Shown here: positions 1 through 9,942 of the stretch, one piece after another
Layout of the letters: every line of letters starts with the position of its first letter
Numbering within the stretch: position 1 is the stretch's first letter
Virus record (IMG/VR): IMGVR_UViG_3300003702_000496
Span: 1 to 64,000 of that record
Reading direction: 5' to 3' (one strand)
Origin: a virus
DNA length: 64,000 nucleotides
Notes under the pieces: model-generated
What the model was told of the DNA's origin: nothing
The model's database searches: none
The model's input: only the letters and a program-made list of their open reading frames with translations
Translations under genes and position numbers: made by a program

Positions 1-65
1 GATTTTTTATGTTCATCTTTTTCTAATACAGTTGAACTATAAATTTTGGTAAACCTTTTAGTCAT
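1..65 (-). CDS. Partial gene after gp67 (5' end only; MTKRFTKIYSSTVLEKDEHKK...), head-gene region
   Basis: Read by hand; ATG at 65 overlaps the gp67 stop; runs off the window. Confidence 0.55.
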   Translation of the reverse strand, partial: MTKRFTKIYSSTVLEKDEHKK

Positions 66-231
66 TTACTTCTGTTTCTTCATCTTTTAAATTAGAAACA
101 AAACCCTTCGCCACCTCTTTTCTTTTAATTTCGAGAGCATCGCCAACTTTTGTCGAAATTGCATTTTTAAATACATTTTCTGCTTCCAAATTATTTCCTG
201 ACGCAAGAGCATCTACAAATTCTCTACTCAT
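58..231 (-). CDS. gp67: Prohead core protein, gp67-like (57 aa, MSREFVDALASGNNLEAENVFKNAISTKVGDALEIKRKEVAK...)
   Basis: Read by hand (not in ORF track); TAATG overlap with portal stop; position and sequence pattern typical of T4-like gp67. Confidence 0.75.
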   Translation of the reverse strand: MSREFVDALASGNNLEAENVFKNAISTKVGDALEIKRKEVAKGFVSNLKDEETEVND

Positions 232-1901
232 TATTTCTTTCCTTTCTTCTTAATATAAAAATCTTTTTCATCTTCTACTGGTTCTTCTTCTTCACCTTCT
301 GGCGGAAGCCCCAATGCAAGTTTTGCTCTATCTCCAGCATCCATTTCTGGATCAACTGCCATACCAGATGGATCAGTTGGATATCTCATAACTCCATCAC
401 CGCCATCACTTGGAACACCACCATCCATTGGATCAAGATCAGCTTCTTTTCTGATTTGATTTCTCATTTCGTCAATATCTGCATCATTCATACGAAGAAC
501 ATTTTTTAAAACCCATTCTTTACTAAAAAATGTTCCAATATAATTTTCAACAGTTTGTAACGAATTTAATCTCCCTTCCAGAAGTTCTGCATCTTTTAAT
601 TCTGCAAAGTGACCATCTTGTAAAAAGTCATATTGAACGTGTTCTTGTATCGATGGCCAATCCTCTGCTGCAATAATACCCTTTAACAAAAGTTGTGTTT
701 TAAGAATATCTGTAAACATGGGAACAAATTTCTTACGAACCCGTTGAACAAACTTTGTAAACTTTAATTCATCTCTTGTTATTTCTGTTGTTCTACCAAG
801 ACTAAATCCGGCATCAGATTCCATACGAGAAATTGGCACATTAAGAGAACGATATAATTTCTTTTGAAAATATTGAATGTCATCAATTTCACCAAGATTA
901 GAACCGCCGGGCAAAGTTGTAATCTCTGTTCCCCTACCACCTTCACGGCGCGGCAACCAGAAATCTTCTAACATACTCATATGATTTCTATCATCACGAA
1001 TTTCACCAGTAGTTGCATCATATACCAGTTTATTACGATAGCGATTCATTACATCTTTAAGATATTGTTCCGCTTTAACTTTAGGTAAATTACCAACATC
1101 AATATAGAAAATTCTGCGTTCTGGTGCGCGAGAGATGCGATAGATAACAAGTGCATCTTCAATCATACGCAATTGATTTACAGGTTTAATAGCTTTATGA
1201 AGATAGGAAATAACTCTGCCACTATTCCCGTCAATCAAACCAGAAGGAGTGTAAGTAATAGAATCTACTGCAATTTTTACACCTTGAGTCGCTCCAACCA
1301 TTCCAGCAGAACCTAATCCTTTTTCATTGTATATAAAATATTCATTGATCTTTTCAACCATTTCAACACCAGTTTTAGGATCAACATTTTTTTTAAGTTC
1401 TCTAACTTTTTTGATTTTGCTTGAATCAATATATCTTAATTCAGTAATTCCCCTTCTTGGATTTTTTGTATCAATAATTTTATGATAGAAAATTCTTCCA
1501 TCTATATACCAACGTCTAAAAATATCATGGCCTTTTTGTTCAAAATTTAGAAGACGTAAAATTTCTCCAAATTCTAATCTAATTTTTCTTTTAATTTTTT
1601 CTGGAAACGGCAAACGATCTAAAGTAATTTGTACTGCTTGATCATTCTGATTTGAAACAATACCTTCGTTTATAATATCTTCAATAGCTGTATCGCATTC
1701 TGATTGTTGAGCTATATCACGATATCGTCGAATTAAATCTAAATCAGTTCGTTCTCTACCATCTGTATCGAGGATTTGGCCAAAGAAACCGCCCCCCGCA
1801 ACATCAATAGTTCCGTCATCAGGAGTTGGGGTGGAAAATGTTGTTTCTCCCCCCTTATCCTTACTTGATCGTTGTATAGTAAATCCAAAGAGTTCAGCCA
1901 T
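231..1901 (-). CDS. gp20: Portal vertex protein
   Basis: Motifs YRISRAPERRIFYIDVGNLPK, EDFWLPRREGGRGTEITTLPGG. Confidence 0.98.
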   Translation of the reverse strand: MAELFGFTIQRSSKDKGGETTFSTPTPDDGTIDVAGGGFFGQILDTDGRERTDLDLIRRYRDIAQQSECDTAIEDIINEGIVSNQNDQAVQITLDRLPFPEKIKRKIRLEFGEILRLLNFEQKGHDIFRRWYIDGRIFYHKIIDTKNPRRGITELRYIDSSKIKKVRELKKNVDPKTGVEMVEKINEYFIYNEKGLGSAGMVGATQGVKIAVDSITYTPSGLIDGNSGRVISYLHKAIKPVNQLRMIEDALVIYRISRAPERRIFYIDVGNLPKVKAEQYLKDVMNRYRNKLVYDATTGEIRDDRNHMSMLEDFWLPRREGGRGTEITTLPGGSNLGEIDDIQYFQKKLYRSLNVPISRMESDAGFSLGRTTEITRDELKFTKFVQRVRKKFVPMFTDILKTQLLLKGIIAAEDWPSIQEHVQYDFLQDGHFAELKDAELLEGRLNSLQTVENYIGTFFSKEWVLKNVLRMNDADIDEMRNQIRKEADLDPMDGGVPSDGGDGVMRYPTDPSGMAVDPEMDAGDRAKLALGLPPEGEEEEPVEDEKDFYIKKKGKK

Positions 1902-1967
1902 AATATCTCCTACTAGTTATGACTATTTAGTAGGTTTAAATTATTAAATTAAGGAACCCTTGAAGTT

Positions 1968-2495
1968 TCAAATGCCCACAGATTCAAAATGTTGATATCT
2001 CCAAGTTACTTCAAACTCTTCAATTGCATCTATTGTATCATAACTTAATGCAATTGAACCAACAGTTGTTGGCCAAGCGTTTCTAAAAGTATAACTCTTT
2101 AAAATTTTATCATCTCTATCCAATTGGTCTACATATAAATTAGTCGTATACGCAGCAGGGTTTGTTACACCAGTGCCCAGTCTAAGGTCATTTATACCAT
2201 TAGACCATCTCTCCATGGCATTACGAATCATAAAATCTGTATCATTGTGAAAAGTTGTTGACCAAGTTTCAGTAAATTGACGATCACCAGCGATAAAAAT
2301 TTGTCTGCCGCGGAAAGAAACTGGAATTTCTCCTAAAGTCATAGCAGGGAGAGATGAAGTTTTTACTAGGAAAGATGTGCGACTGACATCCAATCCAATA
2401 TTAATTCCTGTAGGCTGAGTAATTGTTACTTTAAATTGATTGGCTCGAGCGCCGCCGCCAAGTAGATTTGCTTTAAAAGCATCTATGTTAGCCAT
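1968..2495 (-). CDS. gp19: Tail tube protein
   Basis: GGGARANQF, GRQIFIAGDR, WPT, IEEFEVT motifs; between gp18 and gp20. Confidence 0.96.
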   Translation of the reverse strand: MANIDAFKANLLGGGARANQFKVTITQPTGINIGLDVSRTSFLVKTSSLPAMTLGEIPVSFRGRQIFIAGDRQFTETWSTTFHNDTDFMIRNAMERWSNGINDLRLGTGVTNPAAYTTNLYVDQLDRDDKILKSYTFRNAWPTTVGSIALSYDTIDAIEEFEVTWRYQHFESVGI

Positions 2496-2497
2496 GA

Positions 2498-4516
2498 TTA
2501 ACCTCCTACCTCGCTAAACGATACACCAGTTCGTACCGCAATAAAGTTTAGTGTAATAAAGTTAATAGACCTTGCCGGTTTAATGTAAATATCTCCAATA
2601 AACTCGTTTCGATCAATAACCTCACCTGTATTATTTGTGTCATCACACACAACCTTAAAGTCAAAAATGCCCCTTCTTCCTTGTACATCTCGCAAGAAAG
2701 GTTCTACCATACTTCTAAATTGTGCCCGTGTAAACTCATCATTAAATTCAAAGAGTTGATACTTAGCAGCAGTTGCAATTGCCTTTTCAAGAACCAAGAA
2801 CAACCTACGCACATTAATTCGATCAAACGCACTTGGTTTTGCAAGCGCAGTTTTATCACCAAAGAGTGTTACGCCTTGGCCAGGGAAATTAACAACAGGA
2901 TTAACCCTTGCTTGATAAAGTATATCTCTATCCGACTTTTTAGGATTCATGGATAGTTTAATCGCACCACGAACAATACCTCTAGTATAGCCGGCCGGCG
3001 AGAACCAAGGATCAGCAACTCCATCTGTGTATGCACAAAGACCAGCAGTATCGCCGCATAAAGGTACATAACGATATACATCCCAATACTTATCATACAT
3101 GTATTTGTATCCACTATCGTAAACCATGTAAGACGAAGAAGGGTTAAGATCAAATGCAGTTTTTACATTATTAACTGCCCGAGCAGAAGTTGCCGCAGAA
3201 CTTGCAACACCAACCGTTGCAGAACGATATGGAGAAACAAATCCCACACAATCTTTTCTCTCATCAACAAGAGCTGTAATCATTGTTACATGAGTATCTT
3301 GAGTAGCAGCTGTATCACCAGCTCCACCACCCTTACCACCAATTACAAGATTGATATCATGTAATTCTGTATCTGCAAACTTATCGTAGGCAAGTTCCAG
3401 TTCACCAGCAGTTACGGCATGATCGTCAGTTCCACCTGTAAGAGAATCAATTGTTATTGGTATAACTGAAGTATAAGCAGTAGTTGTATCTGTACCCCAG
3501 TTTGCACCACCAGATATATGATCCGTCCAGTAAATCCAATTTGATTGTCTGAAAATCACATCTGGATAGTAATTGCTACTACCTTGAGCAGTCCTGGCCA
3601 CTGAACTTTTTGACACACTTTCAAAGATTTCTAGAACACTAGAACCTCTCTGTCCAGCAACATCAGCATCGTATCCAGTGAGAGCACCTGTTGTGTCATA
3701 AACAACAATGTGCATTTCATCATTAGAACCATTTTTATCCGTTACAAACTGAGAAGTTCCAGGCGCACTTGTAAACAAATCGTGATATTTCCATTTCCGC
3801 CTTATATACGAATTATCTGGAACAGCATTTTGCAAACCAACGCTATTTGGATCATCTTTTAGACGAATTGTTAATGCATCAGTTGATGTATTAATAGCTG
3901 TTACTTCATACTCATTAAATTCATCAACTGGCACTGTAGCCGAAGTATCTGAAAAGAAAGAAATCATATCACCTATATTAAATGCATTGCCCGCCTCATC
4001 TGCGTTATCAACCACGATTGTAGTATCACCAGCAGCAGCAGAGGCGTCATTTACACGTTGATTTGACGTATCGAGCACTTGGTTGTATCCTGTTGCAGTA
4101 GAACAAATCTGAACACCGATTGAATTACCCCAAGTACCAGCAGTACGGGCAGTCCACTCACCGTGAGCACCTTGTCCTGTACTGAAAGATGCTTCATAAT
4201 GCTCATCGTCACGAATGAGAATACCACTATTCGCACCAGCATTTACAACTGCTGATTCGCAACGAACTACTTTAAGATGATTTGAATACTGCAAGAAATT
4301 TGACGCTGCAAACCAATTTTCAAACTGATTGCTTGTGCTCAAAGGTTTGCCAAAAATTGCAAGCAATTCCTCTTCTGAACCGATTGATACTATAGAATTA
4401 ACTGGTCCCTTTTCCCAGGCACTAGCAATCGCACCAATAGTAGTTTGTACGGCCGGAACAACATTTGTTAGATCAATCTCTCTGACATGTACGCCAGGTG
4501 AAACTAAAAATCCCAT
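2498..4516 (-). CDS. gp18: Contractile tail sheath protein
   Basis: SPGVHVREID N-terminus, PWFSPAG, FDRINVRRLF, KPARSINFITLNF. Confidence 0.98.
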   Translation of the reverse strand: MGFLVSPGVHVREIDLTNVVPAVQTTIGAIASAWEKGPVNSIVSIGSEEELLAIFGKPLSTSNQFENWFAASNFLQYSNHLKVVRCESAVVNAGANSGILIRDDEHYEASFSTGQGAHGEWTARTAGTWGNSIGVQICSTATGYNQVLDTSNQRVNDASAAAGDTTIVVDNADEAGNAFNIGDMISFFSDTSATVPVDEFNEYEVTAINTSTDALTIRLKDDPNSVGLQNAVPDNSYIRRKWKYHDLFTSAPGTSQFVTDKNGSNDEMHIVVYDTTGALTGYDADVAGQRGSSVLEIFESVSKSSVARTAQGSSNYYPDVIFRQSNWIYWTDHISGGANWGTDTTTAYTSVIPITIDSLTGGTDDHAVTAGELELAYDKFADTELHDINLVIGGKGGGAGDTAATQDTHVTMITALVDERKDCVGFVSPYRSATVGVASSAATSARAVNNVKTAFDLNPSSSYMVYDSGYKYMYDKYWDVYRYVPLCGDTAGLCAYTDGVADPWFSPAGYTRGIVRGAIKLSMNPKKSDRDILYQARVNPVVNFPGQGVTLFGDKTALAKPSAFDRINVRRLFLVLEKAIATAAKYQLFEFNDEFTRAQFRSMVEPFLRDVQGRRGIFDFKVVCDDTNNTGEVIDRNEFIGDIYIKPARSINFITLNFIAVRTGVSFSEVGG

Positions 4517-4560
4517 GTTCTTTACTCCTTAATTTAAGAGTGTTATTGTAATTGTAATAA

Positions 4561-4568
4561 TATTTATA
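4561..4568 (-). promoter_or_regulatory. T4-type late promoter TATAAATA for gp18-gp19-gp20
   Basis: Exact TATAAATA on minus strand ~45 nt upstream of the gp18 start. Confidence 0.85.
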
Positions 4569-4610
4569 AAAAACAAATTTCCAAAAACTATTTTTATAAG
4601 TGTTATAACA

Positions 4611-4618
4611 TATAAATA
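4611..4618 (+). promoter_or_regulatory. T4-type late promoter for the HNH-like gene
   Basis: Exact TATAAATA 5 nt before the ATG at 4624. Confidence 0.75.
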
Positions 4619-4623
4619 ATTCT

Positions 4624-4926
4624 ATGCCAAATGCACATTATGAGAAGTATAAAGATACCATAAAGAAGGTAGCTCGTAGAAATTATCGAAAAAGAATTAT
4701 ATTGTTAAATAAATTCTTAGCAGATAAATCTTGTAAACACTGTGGAGAAAGTGAAATCGTATGTCTTAAATTCTATCCACATAATGCAGAAATACGAAAA
4801 CTAACAAAAAGAGTTGGCATTAGTGATAAAAGTAGAAAAGAAATATTCCATCTATTAGATATCTCTATAATATTATGTTCAAATTGTTGGATCAAACATG
4901 ATAATGATTTAATTGAATTTATTTAG
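4624..4926 (+). CDS. HNH-endonuclease-like Zn-binding protein, possibly catalytically degenerate
   Basis: CKHCGE...LCSNC pattern of small phage HNH proteins; expected His positions not evident. Confidence 0.7.
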   Translation: MPNAHYEKYKDTIKKVARRNYRKRIILLNKFLADKSCKHCGESEIVCLKFYPHNAEIRKLTKRVGISDKSRKEIFHLLDISIILCSNCWIKHDNDLIEFI

Positions 4927-4930
4927 TTTT

Positions 4931-6568
4931 TTACCAATTTGAACCATAATCTCGTACCACTGGATTCCATCTTGTACCATATTCATCTATAACTTCTCCA
5001 ATATTTTCATCTTCTAATCCAGTAACAATAAATCCAAATGGAGCCATGTCTTGTTCTAATGCATCCTGTTGTTCTTTCATCATAGTGCTTCTAATATCCA
5101 TATTAGTTAATTCTTTAAAATAAGTCTGGTCAGTAGTCCATGCAAACATGAATAGACAAGCTACCAAGTCATCAGTGCAACCCTCATCTGCTTGAAATGA
5201 ACTTCCTTTAATAATAAAGGTAGATAATTCACTAATCATATCTAAATCCTCTATGATAAGTTTATCATCCTCAATTATTTGTTTAAGATTGGAACAACCT
5301 ATTCTCTTTACAGCCTTTGTTGTTCTTATTCCTAATTGCGCTCGGCCGCCAGAAAATCCTCCACCAAGAATTTGTCCCGCTCTTCCTCGCATAGAAGACA
5401 TAATAAGATTATCATATTCCAAATCAAACTGCATCGTGCTGGCAACCTGTTCACCTATATCATTTATTTCGATCAATACAAACGCTTTATTGTATGCTTT
5501 GGCAACGTCATGGATTTTACTAGGAAAAATCAATGGTTTAATTTCATTATCTCTAAACTTTGCAACAATTCTATATGGCATTTCTGATACATCAAATACT
5601 ATAAAAGCAGAATAATCATTTTTCGTTCCGCGAGAAACATCAGCAGTTAACATATAAGTTCGGCCTTCCTGTGGATTTTCATATAAATCAAGGCCCGCAT
5701 TAGATTGTCTTGGATTTTTATAAGCCATTGTTCTCAACTTATGTGGAGAAATCAGTGTATCAATAGAACCAAGAAACTCACATTCAAACTCTGTGTTAAA
5801 TTGCGATTGAGAAGTATTTTTAATAGTTTCTGTTTTCCATTCTTCATCACGGCCAGGAATTTCACTCCAATGAACCTCAATTGGAATATAAGAGTTTAGT
5901 TTATTTTCTGCATCAGACCACAGTTTATAGAACATATTCATACCATGCGGTGTGGAAACGATCACCACTTTTGTTGTTTTACCAGAAGATATGGTGGGAT
6001 ATACTGAACTGAAAAATTGTTCTGCAACATTAACAGGAACATAAGCAAATTCATCAAGAAAAATAATGTTATAAGAACCGCCACGAACTGCACTAGCAGA
6101 AGTGGAACTTGCAAGAATCTTTGAACCATTTTCTAATTCTAAACTACCCTTATTCCATGTCATAACGCCCTGTTGTAGCCATTTTGGTAGATTTTCGTAT
6201 GCAAGTTGTAACCTACCCAACAAATCTCTCGCAGTTGCAGCCTTGTTTGCAAGTATGGCTACACTTACCATTGGATTAAAGAGTGTATAATGTAACAGAT
6301 ACGCGATGATAGTAGTGGATTTGCCTGACTGTCTAGGCAACTTACAGATGGTGAAACGATTATTATGAAATGTTCCTACCATTTCCTTTTGAAAATCATA
6401 AAGTTTAAACGGAATTAAACCTTCATCCAAAGAAACAATTTTAATATATGTTTGAATAAAGTATAGGGGGTCTTTCATACATTTTGTGTATTCTTCAACC
6501 TCTTCCTTTGTCCACTCTTGGGCTACGTTTGCCTTCTTGAGATTAGGATTTCCTAAATAATTTTCCAT
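4931..6568 (-). CDS. gp17: Terminase large subunit
   Basis: YLGNPNLK, PRQSGKST Walker A, IIFLDEFA Walker B, ADVSRG and DDLV nuclease motifs. Confidence 0.98.
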   Translation of the reverse strand: MENYLGNPNLKKANVAQEWTKEEVEEYTKCMKDPLYFIQTYIKIVSLDEGLIPFKLYDFQKEMVGTFHNNRFTICKLPRQSGKSTTIIAYLLHYTLFNPMVSVAILANKAATARDLLGRLQLAYENLPKWLQQGVMTWNKGSLELENGSKILASSTSASAVRGGSYNIIFLDEFAYVPVNVAEQFFSSVYPTISSGKTTKVVIVSTPHGMNMFYKLWSDAENKLNSYIPIEVHWSEIPGRDEEWKTETIKNTSQSQFNTEFECEFLGSIDTLISPHKLRTMAYKNPRQSNAGLDLYENPQEGRTYMLTADVSRGTKNDYSAFIVFDVSEMPYRIVAKFRDNEIKPLIFPSKIHDVAKAYNKAFVLIEINDIGEQVASTMQFDLEYDNLIMSSMRGRAGQILGGGFSGGRAQLGIRTTKAVKRIGCSNLKQIIEDDKLIIEDLDMISELSTFIIKGSSFQADEGCTDDLVACLFMFAWTTDQTYFKELTNMDIRSTMMKEQQDALEQDMAPFGFIVTGLEDENIGEVIDEYGTRWNPVVRDYGSNW

Positions 6569-6581
6569 TTTTAACCCTGTA

Positions 6582-6995
6582 TTATTTGTTTTTTAGCATA
6601 CTCTGAAGTTCTTTAGTAGAACCAACGAACAATGCGTTTGTTACGCTCTTAGGTGCATTACTTGGCACCTCTTTTAACCTACGCATTTTCTCTTGCAAAT
6701 CACCCAACTTCTCTGTAACTTCTGCTACTTGTTTAATGAGATTTCCAGCAACTTCATATGTTCTTGGGTGTTCTGATTCTTTAGCAAGTTCAAGAATTCC
6801 ATCAATAGCTTTTGAACCTTTGTCAACTAAGTTATAAAACTGTTCTCGTTGATATTCATAATCTTTTTCTATATCATCCTCACCCTTAGCATTATAGGGT
6901 ACAACCTTAGAGTTGTCAAGCACGACTTTAGGAACAATCTTTTCTATAACACCTAATTCTTTATCAATGCGTAATGAAGTATCTTTGTTCATCAT
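6582..6995 (-). CDS. gp16: Terminase small subunit
   Basis: ESEHPRTYEVAGNLIK and NALFVGSTKELQ motifs; directly upstream of gp17. Confidence 0.9.
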   Translation of the reverse strand: MMNKDTSLRIDKELGVIEKIVPKVVLDNSKVVPYNAKGEDDIEKDYEYQREQFYNLVDKGSKAIDGILELAKESEHPRTYEVAGNLIKQVAEVTEKLGDLQEKMRRLKEVPSNAPKSVTNALFVGSTKELQSMLKNK

Positions 6996-7798
6996 TTATT
7001 ATCATCTTCACCTGTTTCTGAATTATAATTTAATGCATCTTGAAAGAATGATGTAGTTTCATTAAATCCAAAATCATCATCAGCATCAGCCGTTGCCGGT
7101 TTAGGTGTAACCTTATATCTTTGTTCACGTTTTGGAGATTCATCAGGCAAGTTTGTATATTGGTCAACCTGTGCTGTTTTAATAACCTTACTGGAAGTAA
7201 CGGGCCCATACAAATAAAATTTAGTAGTAAAAGATACTGTATATATCAAAGCTCTACGAGTAGTAAATTCTCCATCATAACTATCCTCATAACCAATACT
7301 ATTTAATATTACAGGAACATCTTTTTTAATTCCCATATCTGACATATCATTAATAGTTAATGTATAGTCAGGTTGAAAGTAGGGAAGAATCTGTTCTATA
7401 ATTTGTAATGCATCATCAGATTGTTTTGCCATAATATATAATTCAAATTCAAGATTATATGGAACTGGCATATACTGAGTATCTAATTGTTTTGTATTTG
7501 AACCTTTAACTTTTTTAAATTTTTGAACACGATTAAGTTTTCTAGCAGGATCATAGGAAAGATTTTTAATTTCAAATCCAATTCTAGGCAGAGTAATAGC
7601 AACTTGTTTTGATAAATCTGCATCATCACGCAAACGTACTAAAAACTTTTCTCTAGGACCATACGCAAGAGGAACTTTCATAGTCTGTGTTATGGCACCA
7701 GAATTATCTTTACGAACAAGATTAATTGAATTAAACATTGTTCCAAAGGAAATAACTACCTTTCGTATGGTTTCATGATAAAATTGTTGTCCTAACAC
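6992..7798 (-). CDS. gp15: Tail sheath stabiliser / tail terminator
   Basis: FYHETIRK, KVPLAYGPREKF, QIIEQILPYFQP. Confidence 0.95.
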   Translation of the reverse strand: MLGQQFYHETIRKVVISFGTMFNSINLVRKDNSGAITQTMKVPLAYGPREKFLVRLRDDADLSKQVAITLPRIGFEIKNLSYDPARKLNRVQKFKKVKGSNTKQLDTQYMPVPYNLEFELYIMAKQSDDALQIIEQILPYFQPDYTLTINDMSDMGIKKDVPVILNSIGYEDSYDGEFTTRRALIYTVSFTTKFYLYGPVTSSKVIKTAQVDQYTNLPDESPKREQRYKVTPKPATADADDDFGFNETTSFFQDALNYNSETGEDDNK

Positions 7799-8826
7799 TA
7801 TGATCTACTCCCTACATCTCCAAATGGATTTGACTCAGAGAAATCTAAAATTGTTCTACTTTTAATTTCAAAGAGTTCATTTTGTACAGTCTTATCAGTA
7901 CTGAAGTCACCTATTATATAGTATTCCTGCAACAGATACGCAGCATCGCCGCTGTCAGCAGGCTGTTCAAGAATAATACTTTCACCAACTGAAGTGCTAT
8001 CACTTTCACCAACTATATTATCACCATCTGTTTCTTCAAGTAGTAATCCAGAAGCAACATCGTCATCAGTACCATATTCTAATCTTATATCCTCATTTAC
8101 AGCAGAAGATTGTTCCATAGTAAACTGATAGAGTAATGCATCTACACTATGTTCAGTTTCAATCGCATCAATGCCCGCAATACCAGTGTCAATAATTTCA
8201 GAACTGTAATCATACAGACGACATCTTAATTTATATACTGGATTATTATCCAACTGATAAAATGGTTCATCGTGATCTACAAAGTTAATCTGAAATAATT
8301 TATCAAGAATTGGATGATAAATTGCATCACCTTCTTGAGGCCGGTCAGAATCCGTTGCAGCAATATCTTGTATAATATAAAAATTGTTATCACCAGTAAC
8401 CGTTGTTAGTGTAGAGGAATCGGAAGATTGATCTATCGTTCCAGCTTCCAATAATATTGAACCGCCAGAACTTGTATCCGTTCCATCTTCAATTTGCATT
8501 TGTCGATCTAATTCTTGAAAACGAGACTTATTTACAACAAAGGTTGCTTCACTTAAATTTTGCAAACCAAATTGATTCATCATTTCTCTTTCACCAGCAA
8601 ATCCACCATCTGCATCTTCCATATACATTTCTATGGGATGCTGCGTTCTAAACTTAGAAAGAGAATCTTCTCCCCACACTGTATCTTCTGCAACCAAAGT
8701 ACGATCCATATAATAAACATCGTGACCATATATTTGAATTGCTTCTTTTACAAGATCGCTATATAAAGTTCTCTCAGTCGCTATAGATGTAAAATTATTC
8801 GTATGAAATGCTGTATTAACTGCCAT
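7798..8826 (-). CDS. gp14: Neck protein
   Basis: EAIQIYGHDVYY, RPQEGD, PFYQL, DFSESNPFG; has acidic insertions. Confidence 0.93.
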   Translation of the reverse strand: MAVNTAFHTNNFTSIATERTLYSDLVKEAIQIYGHDVYYMDRTLVAEDTVWGEDSLSKFRTQHPIEMYMEDADGGFAGEREMMNQFGLQNLSEATFVVNKSRFQELDRQMQIEDGTDTSSGGSILLEAGTIDQSSDSSTLTTVTGDNNFYIIQDIAATDSDRPQEGDAIYHPILDKLFQINFVDHDEPFYQLDNNPVYKLRCRLYDYSSEIIDTGIAGIDAIETEHSVDALLYQFTMEQSSAVNEDIRLEYGTDDDVASGLLLEETDGDNIVGESDSTSVGESIILEQPADSGDAAYLLQEYYIIGDFSTDKTVQNELFEIKSRTILDFSESNPFGDVGSRS

Positions 8827-8829
8827 GAG

Positions 8830-9651
8830 TTATCCTATCATATAATTTATCGGCAGCTCAAAAGCTAATTGAATTTCTTCCTCAAGTTTGTTTTGCTCTT
8901 CTATTGCTTGAGTGTATAATGTTTCACCATTCATGGTTACTCCACCAAGCATTGTAACTCCACCAAACTTGCTAAGATTTGCGCCCCACTGTTTTTTAAT
9001 AAGTGTTGTTGCATATCTTTTTAAATATATATCGTCGTAAATATCTGTGTATGAAGTGGGGTCAAGTTTTCTATAACACTCAATAACAAGATAATCAACA
9101 TCAGCTGTTATATCGTTCTCCCAATCCATATCAATATAAAGACGATTTTGATGTTGATTAAATCGTATAGGAGTTTCACCAACTAATATATGTTCTAACA
9201 AATCAATATTGTTCATTGTCATCTCATACTGAATAACAGATGTTGAAGAAAAATCAAATAGATCATTTAATCGTAACTGATAACGAATATCAAACATATT
9301 GCTTCCACCGCCAGTGTCGGTAAATGGAAACACTTGCACAACAGACACAACAGCATTTGGAACAGGAATAAAATTATTTCCTTCTTTCCAAGTTGCAGTT
9401 ATATCGGTATCTAACGTATCAGTTGCTGTGGTTGATGCATCGGACCTTGCTCTGGACACTTCGGCGGTTGTAACCAAATGTTTAAGATACATTCTTTCAA
9501 TACCGTCATAATGATATTGAGCAAAGTATTGAAGTGCTTCGTCTAAACGATCATCTGCCTGATCGTCGGAAACATTAATATCAATAACTCCATAACCAAG
9601 AGCTCTGAGACAGTAACTTTTTAATGTAGTTTTTGTTGAAGGTGTGGCCAT
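8830..9651 (-). CDS. gp13: Neck protein
   Basis: YCLRALG..VIDINV, QYHYDG, KKQWGANLSKF, GGVTMNG. Confidence 0.95.
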   Translation of the reverse strand: MATPSTKTTLKSYCLRALGYGVIDINVSDDQADDRLDEALQYFAQYHYDGIERMYLKHLVTTAEVSRARSDASTTATDTLDTDITATWKEGNNFIPVPNAVVSVVQVFPFTDTGGGSNMFDIRYQLRLNDLFDFSSTSVIQYEMTMNNIDLLEHILVGETPIRFNQHQNRLYIDMDWENDITADVDYLVIECYRKLDPTSYTDIYDDIYLKRYATTLIKKQWGANLSKFGGVTMLGGVTMNGETLYTQAIEEQNKLEEEIQLAFELPINYMIG

Positions 9652-9670
9652 GCTCTATTCCTTTTCTACA

Positions 9671-9678
9671 TATTTATA
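9671..9678 (-). promoter_or_regulatory. T4-type late promoter for gp13
   Basis: Exact TATAAATA ~20 nt upstream of gp13. Confidence 0.85.
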
Positions 9679-9710
9679 TGGAAACCTATCTCAATGCGAT
9701 ACTTACTCCT

Positions 9711-9941
9711 CTATTGATTTCCCACTAATTCTTTGAGAAGATGTTTAATTTCATGCATTTCTGATTTAATGTTATTAATTTCTCTTGTTGTGTCTCTTAT
9801 TTCATCTCTTTGTCTTTGTGCCGCCGCAGCTCGTTTTTTTGCTTGTTCATATGCACTAACATTATGATTAATGATAGCATGAGAATGTGTATCTCTTGAT
9901 AAATCCGAATACCCCTCCACCTGTCTATATCTTTCATTCAT
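9711..9941 (-). CDS. Small coiled-coil protein after the VrlC-like gene
   Basis: VEG..DL.RD..S.AIIN pattern with C-terminal coiled coil; usual position in marine T4-like phages. Confidence 0.8.
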   Translation of the reverse strand: MNERYRQVEGYSDLSRDTHSHAIINHNVSAYEQAKKRAAAAQRQRDEIRDTTREINNIKSEMHEIKHLLKELVGNQ

Positions 9942-9942
9942 T

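Noticed and set aside
4931-6568. Intein or intron in the terminase, or stop-codon reassignment
   Set aside because: gp17 and the other core genes are full-length and uninterrupted in the standard code
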